A stretch of DNA of 34,550 bases from Candidatus Hydrogenedentota bacterium. GTDB lineage: Bacteria; Hydrogenedentota; Hydrogenedentia; Hydrogenedentales; GCA-2746185. The translations under genes and the position numbers were made by a program. Below the pieces are notes generated by a model. The model did not search any database, was not told the DNA's origin, and saw nothing but the letters and a program-made list of their open reading frames with translations. Shown piece by piece: positions 17,923-27,952 of the stretch (its first letter is position 1; every line of letters begins with the position of its first letter). Location: NCBI GenBank assembly GCA_046583315.1, contig JAYGCN010000008.1, positions 1 to 34,550 of the forward strand, written 5' to 3'.

Positions 17923-18636
17923 ATGAGCGACCTGACTACGACCTACCGGGATCCTGAAGCCCACGATTACCTGGATACACATATTCAGGATGAACATCAT
18001 GCGCTCTTAATGAATCATCTGCTCCGAGATGTATTCAGGGTCAGCGAAAATGAGCGTGTGCTGGAAGTTGGCGCTGGGAGCGGACGTTATACCGAGCTCC
18101 TCTTGGAGCGCGGCTATCAGGTTATTGCCACTGAGCCGGATCCGGTGATGCATAATAGACTGATCGAACGCCTCTCGGATTGCAGCGCGCTTACATCCCG
18201 ATGTGTCGGTGTCCACGAGTTAGTCGACCAGTATTCCGATATTTCGCTCCTTTGCGGTTTCCACGTACTCCACCACTTGGACGAGGAGTCCCTGGAGTAT
18301 CTACGCTCGGCGATCGAACAGATCGCTGCCGCCAACAAATCATTTCGAGGCTGGTTCTTTCTGGAGCCTAATCCCTTGAATCCGATGTATCCCATTCAGA
18401 TCGCTCTAACGTCAGGTATGAGCTTTTCCGAAGAATCCAAAATGTGGCGACCGGGAATGCGCAATCGATTGGCCCCGGAAGAAAAAGGCCAGGTGCGCAT
18501 GGGTAACATAGGCTTGTTTCCTCCTCGAAAGAGCCTGGAATCCATGCCGTCTTGGCTCATAAAACGAGGTACTACGATGAGCCGGGCCCGATGGCCATGG
18601 AGTGCCTATTCGGTTTACGGGCGGAAGTATGGCTAA
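17923..18636 (+). CDS. Class I SAM-dependent methyltransferase
   Basis: VLEVGAGSGRYT, VIATEPD, FHVLHHL and FLEPNPLNP. Confidence 0.85.
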   Translation: MSDLTTTYRDPEAHDYLDTHIQDEHHALLMNHLLRDVFRVSENERVLEVGAGSGRYTELLLERGYQVIATEPDPVMHNRLIERLSDCSALTSRCVGVHELVDQYSDISLLCGFHVLHHLDEESLEYLRSAIEQIAAANKSFRGWFFLEPNPLNPMYPIQIALTSGMSFSEESKMWRPGMRNRLAPEEKGQVRMGNIGLFPPRKSLESMPSWLIKRGTTMSRARWPWSAYSVYGRKYG

Positions 18637-18669
18637 GCCTGTGTCTCCGATAATGAACGGCCCGCGACG

Positions 18670-19656
18670 ATGAATTCTGCCGACAACGGCATTGTCGTGC
18701 TCGTGCCGGTATATAACGATGCCGAGAACTTCGATATTTTGGTTCGAGAACTTGATGAAGCCCTATGCAATTGCGGTTCATCGATTACGGTAGTGGCCGT
18801 AGACGACGGCTCTAGCGAACCATTAGCGTTAGACGCAAAGGGCTGGAACGCGCAATGCATCAGTGAGGTTCGCTGTCTTCGATTACGAGGAAACTTGGGG
18901 CATCAGCGGGCAATTGCTATCGGGTTGAGTTATGTTCATCAACACATAGCCTGCGAGGCCGTGCTTGTTATGGATGCCGATGGTGAAGACAATCCTACGG
19001 ATGCAGCGAGACTGGTTGAACGTATTCGAGAGTTGCAGCATTCCTCAATCGTCTTTGCCGAGCGAACAAAACGATCTGAGGGGCACGCCTTTCTATTCTT
19101 TTACAAACTCTACAAAATTTTGGTACGTATTTTGACTGGCCATTCAGTGCGCGTCGGAAACTTCAGCATCATTCCCTTCGCGCAACTTGATCGTCTGGTC
19201 ATCCGCCCTGAACTGTGGACTCATTATGCCGCAACAGTCTACCTAGTACGTACGCCTCGTGACCTTATTCCAACCAAGCGCGGGGTACGATGGGCCGGCA
19301 AGCCGACGATGAATTTTGTCGCTCTGGTGACCCACGGCCTTAGCGCGATATCAGTGTTTGGTGCCACGGTGGGCGTGCGCCTGACAATACTTTCCATGGG
19401 TGCCTCGCTAATCAGTGTAGCATCCTGGCTTACATACGTCGTTCTTGCTGGCGATGAAGCAACTAACGAATCTTTACTCATGGGTACCGGCATGACGATC
19501 TTGTTTTGTTCACAAATGTTGCTCGCATCATTTTCTTTCGTGTTCTTTATTCTTAGTAATCCCAACAAGTCAAATATTACCTCGTTGCGCGACTATGCAT
19601 TTTACATCGGAGATACCCCCAAACTCTTTCCCGACCCTGATAGAATCAAGCCATGA
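18670..19656 (+). CDS. GT2 glycosyltransferase (GtrB/CsbB-like polyprenyl-phosphate glycosyltransferase)
   Basis: VLVPVYND, VDDGS, NLGHQRAIAIGL, VMDADGED and two C-terminal TM helices. Confidence 0.9.
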   Translation: MNSADNGIVVLVPVYNDAENFDILVRELDEALCNCGSSITVVAVDDGSSEPLALDAKGWNAQCISEVRCLRLRGNLGHQRAIAIGLSYVHQHIACEAVLVMDADGEDNPTDAARLVERIRELQHSSIVFAERTKRSEGHAFLFFYKLYKILVRILTGHSVRVGNFSIIPFAQLDRLVIRPELWTHYAATVYLVRTPRDLIPTKRGVRWAGKPTMNFVALVTHGLSAISVFGATVGVRLTILSMGASLISVASWLTYVVLAGDEATNESLLMGTGMTILFCSQMLLASFSFVFFILSNPNKSNITSLRDYAFYIGDTPKLFPDPDRIKP

Positions 19657-20345
19657 AGACAGAGCTCGATCTATTTGAAAACGCCACCAATTGGAAGTCC
19701 TACTGGGCATCCTTTGTTTCCGATTTCATAGAAGGCGATATTCTCGAAGTCGGCGCAGGAACCGGAGGAAATCTTCGGCACCTCTACCGCTCTCACGTTG
19801 ATTCGTGGGTCTGCGTTGAGCCCGACACCGAGCTTATCGCGTCACTCCAATCGTCCATCGACAGTCTGCCGTCCGAGTTTTCGGGTCAAATCATCGAGGG
19901 AACCATTCGGGATCTACCGGAGGTGGACCGCTTCGATGCCATCTTCTACATAGATGTGATTGAACACATCGAAGATGACCGAGAGGAACTCGAAGTCGCG
20001 ACCAGTCGGCTGAAACCCGGCGGTCGACTCATAATTCTTGTGCCAGCACACAATTGGCTCTTTAGCCCCTTCGACGCCTCTATTGGTCATTTCCGGCGAT
20101 ATACTCGGCGATCATTGCAGGAGGTCATCCCGCCGAATCTCATGGAGAAACGTCTGATCTATTTGGATTCCGTCGGCATGCTGGCTTCTTTGGCAAATAG
20201 ACTCATACTTCGAAGTTCAACACCAACTGCGAAACAGATCGACCTGTGGGACAAACGCATCGTCCCTGTATCAAGGATTATTGATCCCGTTGCGGGTTAC
20301 CGTCTGGGCAAAACCGTCGTAGGCATCTGGGAGAACCCGTCCTAG
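19653..20345 (+). CDS. Class I SAM-dependent methyltransferase
   Basis: ILEVGAGTG, FDAIFYIDVIEHIEDD, LKPGGRLIILVPA..WLFSPFD..IGHFRRY. ATGA overlap with the GT2 gene. Confidence 0.9.
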   Translation: MKTELDLFENATNWKSYWASFVSDFIEGDILEVGAGTGGNLRHLYRSHVDSWVCVEPDTELIASLQSSIDSLPSEFSGQIIEGTIRDLPEVDRFDAIFYIDVIEHIEDDREELEVATSRLKPGGRLIILVPAHNWLFSPFDASIGHFRRYTRRSLQEVIPPNLMEKRLIYLDSVGMLASLANRLILRSSTPTAKQIDLWDKRIVPVSRIIDPVAGYRLGKTVVGIWENPS

Positions 20346-20458
20346 AAATTTCCCGCGGACCAGGAACCCTTGGCCTGTAACGCTAGACATCCCGCTGCTT
20401 CATGGGTTAGATTTGCCTTGTTATACTGCTGAAAGGCACTTGGGGAAAATCGATAACC

Positions 20459-21735
20459 ATGAAGATACGGATGGTATGGGGTGCGCGTATTGCAGGAATA
20501 CTCTGTACCCTTGTTTCCATTTCCGCCACGCCCTGGATTATCTCCAAATTGTATACGGCCGACAGCCAGATACCCCCATACGTGAGGCCATCGCGGAGCA
20601 ACCCCTCGTCCTGTTCGTGGGTCTGTGCGGATTTACCCTGGGGATGATTCTTCTGGTTTACGCCAAGACCATCGTCGATAACCGATCGTGGTTCAATCCC
20701 GCTTGGGTACTGCGCAACCGTCGCGGCGAATTCGTTCTTCTACTTTGCAGCACGATAGTTTCCGTTTTGTGTCTAGAGTTCGCCAGTCGATTCTTATACG
20801 CCAGCCAATATCAATTCCCCTTACTCCACGACCGCGAGGCGCTGCTCTATCCCCCGCTCTACGAACAATTTCACAATCAGCCACCAAACGAGCCCAGTGT
20901 CCTGCTCCTCGGCGGCTCCGTGTTATGGGGTGCGGGACGAAAACACATCATCGAGGATGCAACCGATCCTCCCATCAACGCGTACAACCTCGCGCAGACC
21001 GGACAGTCCACGAGAGACAGCCTCAACAAGTTGGAATACGTTACAAAACTGGGATACCGTTTCGACTACATTATTTTCTACCATGGCATCAACGAAGTGA
21101 GGGCAAACAACGTTCCGCCAGATGTCTTCCAGTCCGACTACGATCATTACTCTTTCAATCATTTCGGAAATACCATTTTCCAGAGTAAACGCCCGTTTCT
21201 AAACCAGCTACTTCGCTCTTCTTTATGCTTTCGCGCCTATTCGTTGTGGGTGACGCTACGTTCGACAAGCTTCTTCGGGCAGCGCTACCTGCACATCGCT
21301 TTTCCACGCGAAGACTGGCTTCAATATGGAGACTCGATAAAGTCTGCAAAAAGTTTTGAGGGTAATCTTCTCAACATTGCGACCATTGCACAGGAGCAAG
21401 GTAGTACGCTCATCGTGCCCTATTTCGTATACGACCCCCAACTCGACACCTATCAATCCAACCCTGAAACGTTCGTGAACATGGACATGAGGCACTACAC
21501 GCAGCAGTGGGGACTACCCGGCCACGTATGGAAAGGCTTGCAAGAACACAATTCGGTGATGGCGTTGCACGCGGATCGCTACCACTATTCGGATGCCACG
21601 AAAGTCTTCATGCAATCCCCGGACAACTTCACCGATCCCTGTCATTTCACCGACGAAGCCGCCCCGGAATTCGCGCATCTACTCAAAGACGTCCTGGGAG
21701 AAGAAATTATTCGTCACGATCAGGATACCCAATAG
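20459..21735 (+). CDS. Membrane-anchored SGNH/GDSL hydrolase-fold protein, probably frameshifted near 20573-20577
   Basis: SGNH blocks LLGGS, NLAQTG, YHGINE and DPCH, with N-terminal TM segments. The track ORF 20413 starts at TTG with an implausible N-terminus. ATG 20459 in another frame encodes a TM helix and joins the main frame if C5 becomes C6. Confidence 0.7.
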
Positions 21736-22062
21736 ACGTTTTGTTCGCGTCATTCTTATTACATAGTGTCTTTTCCTGCGGCGAATACCACACTACTAGC
21801 GAAATGCTCTACTGCGAAAGTATCCAATAAGGGAAATACTAATCATAGAGTAACGTACCGTGTTCACCTTCTGGACAGTTCTACATCCTATTATCAATCG
21901 CAAAATAAAAATAGATGGACAGATCATCGAGTTGCCCAATAAACTGATTAACAGTTAGTTCGGAAACGTGACGACGACAGGGGGTAAGTCGCTCGAGTCG
22001 AAAACACCGGGAGCTGACCCATGAAACGAAAAACTCGTATCGAACAAACCATCGAAGTACAC

Positions 22063-22248
22063 TCAAAGTTGCTCAAAAATTGGCTTGTCTGGGTAAGAGG
22101 CTACAACGTCGGCTCCAGACACCGGGAACCATTCCAGGGCTCCTTCGGCGGAATTCACTACAAATATTCCTGGATACTCCACGCGAAACATAAGTAGAGT
22201 ATGAGCCGAGTCGTTTTCTTCCCATTTCACACCGATTGATTCAAGCAT
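22063..22248 (-). CDS. Possible small hypothetical protein or gene remnant
   Basis: 61-aa ORF with protein-like composition in an otherwise empty gap. No recognised motif. Confidence 0.2.
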   Translation of the reverse strand: MLESIGVKWEENDSAHTLLMFRVEYPGIFVVNSAEGALEWFPVSGADVVASYPDKPIFEQL

Positions 22249-22311
22249 ACGGACGTTGCTAATGTGGTTCTTTCGTGAATGGTGTCATCACACCCACAAA
22301 AGGAAACCACA

Positions 22312-23631
22312 ATGAGATTCGGTTCTCTTCTAGTTCTTCTTGCCGTCATTGTCTACTGCACACCCTCCGAGGCCGACAACTGGCCACAATTTCGGGGCGC
22401 ATCCCAGGACTACACCTTTGCTGCCGAAGACATCCCCACGTCCTGGAGCGACACAACGAATATCCGCTGGAAGGTACCCATCGAAGGACGCGGCTGGGCG
22501 AGCCCTGTCGTCTGGGGAAATAAAATTTTTATCGCGACGGCGATTAAAGAGAGTGAAGGCAAAGATACCGCCCCACCTCCGGACTACCGATCAGGACGCG
22601 TTGGAAAAGACTCGATCTATCGCTGGGAATTGCACTGCATCGACCGCGAGTCGGGCAAAGAACTCTGGAAGCAGATCGTATTTCGCGGCAACCCCGGTGT
22701 GCGCACGCATCCGCAAAATACTTACGCCTCCGAAACGCCCGCGACCGATGGAAAGCATGTTTATGTCTACTTTGGAATGGTCGGTTTGTTCTGTTACGAC
22801 ATGGACGGAAAACTCGTCTGGAAAAAGGATTTGGGGAAATACAAGATGCGTGGCGACTGGGGTACCTCCACCTCCCCCATTCTTTATGAGGGCAGACTCT
22901 ATATACAAGTGGACAATGAAGACGAATGTTTCTTGCTGGCGCTGGATTCGGGTAATGGTGAGGAGCACTGGAAAGTCGAACGGCCCAGGGGTTCAAGCTG
23001 GAGCACTCCCTACATCTGGAAGAACAACGTACGCACTGAGCTCGTCACCAACGCGGAGGATGTGCGCGGATACGATCCGGCGACCGGTGAACTCTTATGG
23101 ACACTTGCCTATCCGGGAGGCCGCGCATCTTCGTCCCCGACCGGAAACGCAGACGTTTTAATCGTCGGCAACGAGCGTCGAAACGACGGCGGAGGCTTTA
23201 TGTACGCCGTTAATGCCGGTGCATCAGGAGACATCACCCCCATAGAGTCCGCATCCTACAGCAAAGGCGTTCTATGGTCCACAGCCGAAGCAAGCCCAGA
23301 GTTTGCCTCTCCATTGCTCTACAACGGCAACGTTTACCTCTTCGGACGCAACCGCGGATACACGGGCGCATTCAATATCATGACCGGCGACCCGGTGCAA
23401 GGAACCAATCGGCTTCCACGTGCACGACCATTCTGGTCGTCGCCATGGGCCTACGAAGGTCATGTCTACTGTTTCGATGAAGGCGGTACAGCCTTCGTTC
23501 TAGCCACTGATTCCGAGATAACACTCGCAACGACCCATGCACTCGGAGAAGATGTGCGCGCGTCGCCTGCCATACTTGAAGGAACCATGATCGTTCGTAC
23601 AGAGAATCACCTCGTGGCTCTCGGAAACTAA
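22312..23631 (+). CDS. Exported PQQ-binding-like beta-propeller repeat protein
   Basis: Signal peptide then NWPQFRG, NIRWKVPIEGRGWASPVVWG, NTYASETPATDG, repeated 'G...W' blades and SPAI. ATG 22312 follows AAGGAA. Confidence 0.88.
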   Translation: MRFGSLLVLLAVIVYCTPSEADNWPQFRGASQDYTFAAEDIPTSWSDTTNIRWKVPIEGRGWASPVVWGNKIFIATAIKESEGKDTAPPPDYRSGRVGKDSIYRWELHCIDRESGKELWKQIVFRGNPGVRTHPQNTYASETPATDGKHVYVYFGMVGLFCYDMDGKLVWKKDLGKYKMRGDWGTSTSPILYEGRLYIQVDNEDECFLLALDSGNGEEHWKVERPRGSSWSTPYIWKNNVRTELVTNAEDVRGYDPATGELLWTLAYPGGRASSSPTGNADVLIVGNERRNDGGGFMYAVNAGASGDITPIESASYSKGVLWSTAEASPEFASPLLYNGNVYLFGRNRGYTGAFNIMTGDPVQGTNRLPRARPFWSSPWAYEGHVYCFDEGGTAFVLATDSEITLATTHALGEDVRASPAILEGTMIVRTENHLVALGN

Positions 23632-23670
23632 GCAACGATATAATTGCAACAGAACTTGAAAGGAAATAAC

Positions 23671-24384
23671 GTGAACGATCTTACACGCACTGCATGCACC
23701 ATGGCCTTACTTTTAACCTGCATCCTGGTATTTCAAACCAGCGCACAGAAAACAAGCGTTGCCCCCGGCATCAACGACAACTTCCAGAACCCCGATGTGG
23801 ACCGCTACGTGAAAATGTTCGAAGGGGAAAGCCGAAGCATATTCACCCATCGCCACGCGATCGTCAAGACGCTCGGTTTGGAACCCGGGATGGCCGTTGG
23901 AGATATCGGTGCTGGTACTGGATTTTTCTCTCTTCTATTCTCCGACGAGGTCGGCAAAAAAGGTAAAGTCTATGCCGTCGATATCGCACAGAATTTCATC
24001 GATCACATCAAAACGATCAGCCAAGAAAACAAGAAAAAGAACATCAAAGGCATCGTATGCGATGAACATTCTGTAAAACTACCCAAGAACTCCATCGATG
24101 TCGCGTTTATTTGTGACGTTTACCACCATTTCGAGTACCCCTTCGACAGCCTGAAATCCATCCACGCCGCGTTAAAGCCCGGCGGCACAATGGTCATCGT
24201 CGACTTCCGCCGAATCGAAGGTCGCAGTCGCGAATGGACCCTCGATCATGTTCGCTGCGGCATAGGCGACGTCATAGACGAGGCACAGCAATCAGGATTC
24301 GATTTCGTGGAGAAAATAGACCTCGGTATGCCCGACCAATACGTCATCAAGTTTGTAAAGACCGAAACAACCTCAAACGAATGA
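23671..24384 (+). CDS. Class I SAM-dependent methyltransferase with predicted Sec signal peptide
   Basis: GTG start after AAGGAA; hydrophobic ALLLTCILVFQTSA-Q; LEPGMAVGDIGAGTG, VYAVDI, ICDVYHHF and ALKPGG. Confidence 0.87.
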   Translation: MNDLTRTACTMALLLTCILVFQTSAQKTSVAPGINDNFQNPDVDRYVKMFEGESRSIFTHRHAIVKTLGLEPGMAVGDIGAGTGFFSLLFSDEVGKKGKVYAVDIAQNFIDHIKTISQENKKKNIKGIVCDEHSVKLPKNSIDVAFICDVYHHFEYPFDSLKSIHAALKPGGTMVIVDFRRIEGRSREWTLDHVRCGIGDVIDEAQQSGFDFVEKIDLGMPDQYVIKFVKTETTSNE

Positions 24385-24497
24385 GAAAACTTTCGGAACT
24401 TACACCCGCTCCAATCCAGAAGATTTGAATTAGATATATTCGTGTGCGATAGTACTGGATTCGATAGTTTCTACCCGAAAAGCGGAGTCCGTCAGTC

Positions 24498-25469
24498 ATG
24501 CGATCAATCCCTATAGTGCGCGCAATTCTGTTCGCCGTAGCATTGACTTCTATTTTCGTTGCCTGTAATCAGAATCCAGTGCCCGAGGAAAATAACCAAT
24601 CCTCAAGCCCGCAAATCGAAGCCGCGCCTGAAAATCCGTCGGAAACGACCGTTACCCTGAAACAACTCAAAGAACTCGCCCGATCGCTCTCTACAGAAGA
24701 ACTGCGAGCACTGCAAAAGATCTCACCAGTCGGCCGTGTCGGGCAGGCAGAAATGGATTCATGGGGAAATCGTTTCGGCTTTTTTAGTAATATCATTCCC
24801 TTCTTTCGTCCCGATCTCGACTGGCGGAACGCGCTGAGCCCTCTACTGAAGGACGCGGAGCCGTTCTGGTCCCAAGGCTTCGAAGAGATCATCATTCGGG
24901 ACTTCTTTCAGGATAAGCGAAACGGGGTCTATGTTGATTTAGGATGCGCATGGCCCGATACCGGAAGTACAAGTTTTTACCTCGACAGCAAGCTTGATTG
25001 GGACGGTATTGCCATTGATGCGCTTCCGGAATACGGCGAACTCTGGGCAAAAAAACGTCCCGAATCAACTTTCGTGAGTTACGCGGTTTCGGACACCTCT
25101 GGCGAAAAAGTAACCTTCTATCGAAACGACTGGACCGGCGTCTCCTCCCTCATTAAAAAACAGTCTGCTAAACGCGGCGGGGAAGAGAAACTGATGGAAA
25201 TCGAGGTGGAAACCATCACGCTTGACGATCTGCTGCCCATGCACGGGATCACGAAAATCGATCACCTCACGATTGATATCGAAGGTGCGGAAATGGGTGC
25301 GCTTCGCGGTTTCGACATCGAACGTTTTCTCCCAGAATTGGTCTGCGTCGAGACCCTCAAAATTGAGGAGGTTCGGGCCTACTTCAATGCACACGGATAC
25401 GAACTCATTGAAAAGTATCGCAAAGCGGACAAAATAAACATCTATTTCTCCCGGAAAAAACAGGACTGA
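24498..25469 (+). CDS. FkbM-family methyltransferase, predicted lipoprotein (paralog 1)
   Basis: Lipobox FVA-C23; WSQ..EE.IIRDFF...NGVYVDLGC; TITLDDLL; IDHLTIDIEGAE..ALRGFD. Confidence 0.87.
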   Translation: MRSIPIVRAILFAVALTSIFVACNQNPVPEENNQSSSPQIEAAPENPSETTVTLKQLKELARSLSTEELRALQKISPVGRVGQAEMDSWGNRFGFFSNIIPFFRPDLDWRNALSPLLKDAEPFWSQGFEEIIIRDFFQDKRNGVYVDLGCAWPDTGSTSFYLDSKLDWDGIAIDALPEYGELWAKKRPESTFVSYAVSDTSGEKVTFYRNDWTGVSSLIKKQSAKRGGEEKLMEIEVETITLDDLLPMHGITKIDHLTIDIEGAEMGALRGFDIERFLPELVCVETLKIEEVRAYFNAHGYELIEKYRKADKINIYFSRKKQD

Positions 25470-25533
25470 CGCAATGTCTAGAATCGATAGGTTTCAACTA
25501 AACGCGCCAGTTTTTAGACTTGGATTATAGGAA

Positions 25534-26910
25534 ATGACCGGCGAGAAAGACTCCTCGGGAGGTCTGCTCCGACATATTACCCTGCGATCGGCTACCGCGC
25601 TTGTCGTTGCCAACATGATTGGGGCCGGAATATTCACCACGACCGGCTTTCAGGCAGCCGATCTTGGACACCCGGCGTTGATCTACGCACTCTGGGTCAT
25701 CGGGGGGTGCCTCGCCTTCTTCGGCGCACTGTGCTTCGCCGAACTGGGGGCCATGTTGCCCAAAGCCGGAGCAGAATACGTCTATATCCGTGAATCCTAT
25801 GGAAATCTCTTCGCATTCATGAGCGCTTTCGTCGCGCTTATCGCAGGATTCTCCGCACCCATCGCTGCCGCCGCAAAAAGTTTGGTGATTTATCTCGGGT
25901 ATTTTGTGCCACAGTTGCAAGATAACCCGACCGTCCTCAACATCCAACTCGTCAATATTTGCGCCATCGCAATTGTCTGGGCACTTGTCGCTTTGCACAG
26001 CACCGGCGTGAAGGCAGGATTCCGTTTCGGCGACACAGTAACCGCATTCAAAGTTATCGGTATCGTCCTGATTATCGGCGCGGCGTTTACAGTTGGTGAT
26101 GGAAACGTGGGATGGATTACCCAGCCGGCCGAAAACTACCAGGCGGAGTCTCCCGCCGATCTTGCGACAGCGTTGGCGACCTCACTGATATTTGTCACCT
26201 TCTGTTATCTTGGTTGGAACGGCTCCGCCTATGTAGCCAGCGAGATGAAAGACCCGCAACGATCCCTTCCACGCTCGCTGCTCCTCGGTACGGGCATCGT
26301 CACGACGCTCTATCTCTTCCTCAACGTCGTCTATTTCTACGCCGCGGGTGTGGATGGCCTGGCCGGACAGGTGGATGTCGGCGTAATTGCGGCAACGAAT
26401 CTCTTCGGCCCCAAAGGCGTGACCGCGGTAACGCTGGTGTTATGCGTCTCGATTCTTGCCTCGGCATCAGCCATGATCATTGCGGGCTCACGCGTATATT
26501 ACGCCTTCGGTCGAGACTTTAGCCCCCTTGGCTGGCTTTCCGAAGTATCTTCCAGCTCCGGAGCACCGTGGCGCTCACTCATCCTTCAAGGCATCGTCAT
26601 TTCTATCATTATTCTGTCTGGCCGTGTTGATCAAATTCTCCAATACGCCGGATTCACCCTGACCCTTTTCTCAAGTATCGCCGTTTCCTGCGTCATCATA
26701 TTGCGATACAAGGAACCGGATCTGCCACGGCCCTTCAAGGCATGGGGCTACCCCTTCACGCCGCTCCTATACATTGCCGCATCACTGTGGACCATGGTCT
26801 GGGCCTTCCGAGGCAGACCTGTTGAATCCACACTGGCGCTGCTCACAGCCGCGGTGGGCGGCCTGCTATTTTGGGTGGTTATGCGAAGTGACAAGAGGCG
26901 CGCACCTTAA
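25534..26910 (+). CDS. APC-family amino acid permease
   Basis: VANMIGAGIF, FAELGAMLPKAGAEYVY, YLGWN...VASEMKDPQR.LP and RPFKAWGYP; about 12 TM segments. Confidence 0.92.
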   Translation: MTGEKDSSGGLLRHITLRSATALVVANMIGAGIFTTTGFQAADLGHPALIYALWVIGGCLAFFGALCFAELGAMLPKAGAEYVYIRESYGNLFAFMSAFVALIAGFSAPIAAAAKSLVIYLGYFVPQLQDNPTVLNIQLVNICAIAIVWALVALHSTGVKAGFRFGDTVTAFKVIGIVLIIGAAFTVGDGNVGWITQPAENYQAESPADLATALATSLIFVTFCYLGWNGSAYVASEMKDPQRSLPRSLLLGTGIVTTLYLFLNVVYFYAAGVDGLAGQVDVGVIAATNLFGPKGVTAVTLVLCVSILASASAMIIAGSRVYYAFGRDFSPLGWLSEVSSSSGAPWRSLILQGIVISIIILSGRVDQILQYAGFTLTLFSSIAVSCVIILRYKEPDLPRPFKAWGYPFTPLLYIAASLWTMVWAFRGRPVESTLALLTAAVGGLLFWVVMRSDKRRAP

Positions 26911-26930
26911 CGAGGGTCGCAGTAACCCGC

Positions 26931-26959
26931 TTGACAATGCCCGATCCGGGTGCTACCTT
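26931..26959 (+). promoter_or_regulatory. Putative sigma70 promoter for the second FkbM gene
   Basis: TTGACA-N17-TACCTT with an extended -10 TG, 58 nt upstream of ATG 27018, which has a GAGGA RBS. Confidence 0.5.
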
Positions 26960-27017
26960 GACCCTGTATTTTCCCGTAACAGGGGGATCATAATTTACCG
27001 ATACAAGAGGACCACCA

Positions 27018-27926
27018 ATGAGTATTCTAAAAAGTCTGGCGCGCGTGACCGTGCTCATGTTTATCCCACTATTCCTGACAGCCTGCCAGGACCAAAGTGA
27101 ATCAACAAACTTTGATGCGCCCGAAGTCGAACCCTTGAACGAACACGATTTGCTTATAGCGAAACAAGTCGCTGATTTCGGATTGGATGCCGGCGAAGTC
27201 ACCGACGAAGACCGGGCTATCTACGGCGCGCGTGCGGGTTTCTTCGAGTGGACCGAGTCCCTTAAACGACCCCCAACGGCGGACAAAGATTGGCGCTCCG
27301 TGCTCGGCGATCACCTTGCGGATGCCGAACCGATGTGGTCCCAGGCCTTCGAGGAATTGATTGTACGAGACTATTTCGAGGATAAACGGGGAGGCTTCTT
27401 TCTCGATGTGGGTTGCTATCGACCGAAAAACAACAGTACCACCTACTATCTGGAGAGGATGCTTGGCTGGAACGGCATCGGAATCGACGCGATGGAAAAA
27501 TATGCCGATCCATGGGCAAAACATCGACCCGGATCGAAGTTCATTTCTTATGCCGTTTCGGATACCGATGGAGACACTGTCACATTCCACATTGGCAATT
27601 TCGCGAATTCGCTAGACGAGGACACGATAAGTGATTTCGGTGGCAAAGTGCGCGAGATTGAAGTGACCACGATGACGCTCAACACCATCCTTGAAGAAAA
27701 TGGAATCGAAAAAGTCGATTTCCTCTCGATGGATATCGAAGGCGCGGAACCCATGGCCCTGCGAGGTTTCGATATCCAGCGCTACAAGCCTGACCTCTGT
27801 TGTGTCGAAGCCAGCGCGAGCCAGGAAGTCCTGGACTACTTCGCAGCGAACGGGTATGAATTGATTGAGAAATACAAAAAAGTGGACAAAATCAATTCGT
27901 ATTTCCGTCCGAAATCAGGTGCATAG
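27018..27926 (+). CDS. FkbM-family methyltransferase, predicted lipoprotein (paralog 2)
   Basis: Lipobox LTA-C23; WSQAFEELIVRDYF...GGFFLDVGC; TLNTIL; VDFLSMDIEGAE..ALRGFD. Aligns by eye with 24498-25469. Confidence 0.87.
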   Translation: MSILKSLARVTVLMFIPLFLTACQDQSESTNFDAPEVEPLNEHDLLIAKQVADFGLDAGEVTDEDRAIYGARAGFFEWTESLKRPPTADKDWRSVLGDHLADAEPMWSQAFEELIVRDYFEDKRGGFFLDVGCYRPKNNSTTYYLERMLGWNGIGIDAMEKYADPWAKHRPGSKFISYAVSDTDGDTVTFHIGNFANSLDEDTISDFGGKVREIEVTTMTLNTILEENGIEKVDFLSMDIEGAEPMALRGFDIQRYKPDLCCVEASASQEVLDYFAANGYELIEKYKKVDKINSYFRPKSGA

Positions 27927-27952
27927 TCGCCAAAGCCGAAACGCTTCCACGG

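Noticed and set aside
22340..23161. 273-aa alternate-frame ORF
   Set aside because: Lies wholly within the well-supported propeller gene; Arg/Ser/Pro-rich composition typical of off-frame translation.
22312..23631. bamB or a Ser/Thr kinase
   Set aside because: No lipobox or bam context and no kinase motifs; it fits the generic expanded PQQ-like propeller family.
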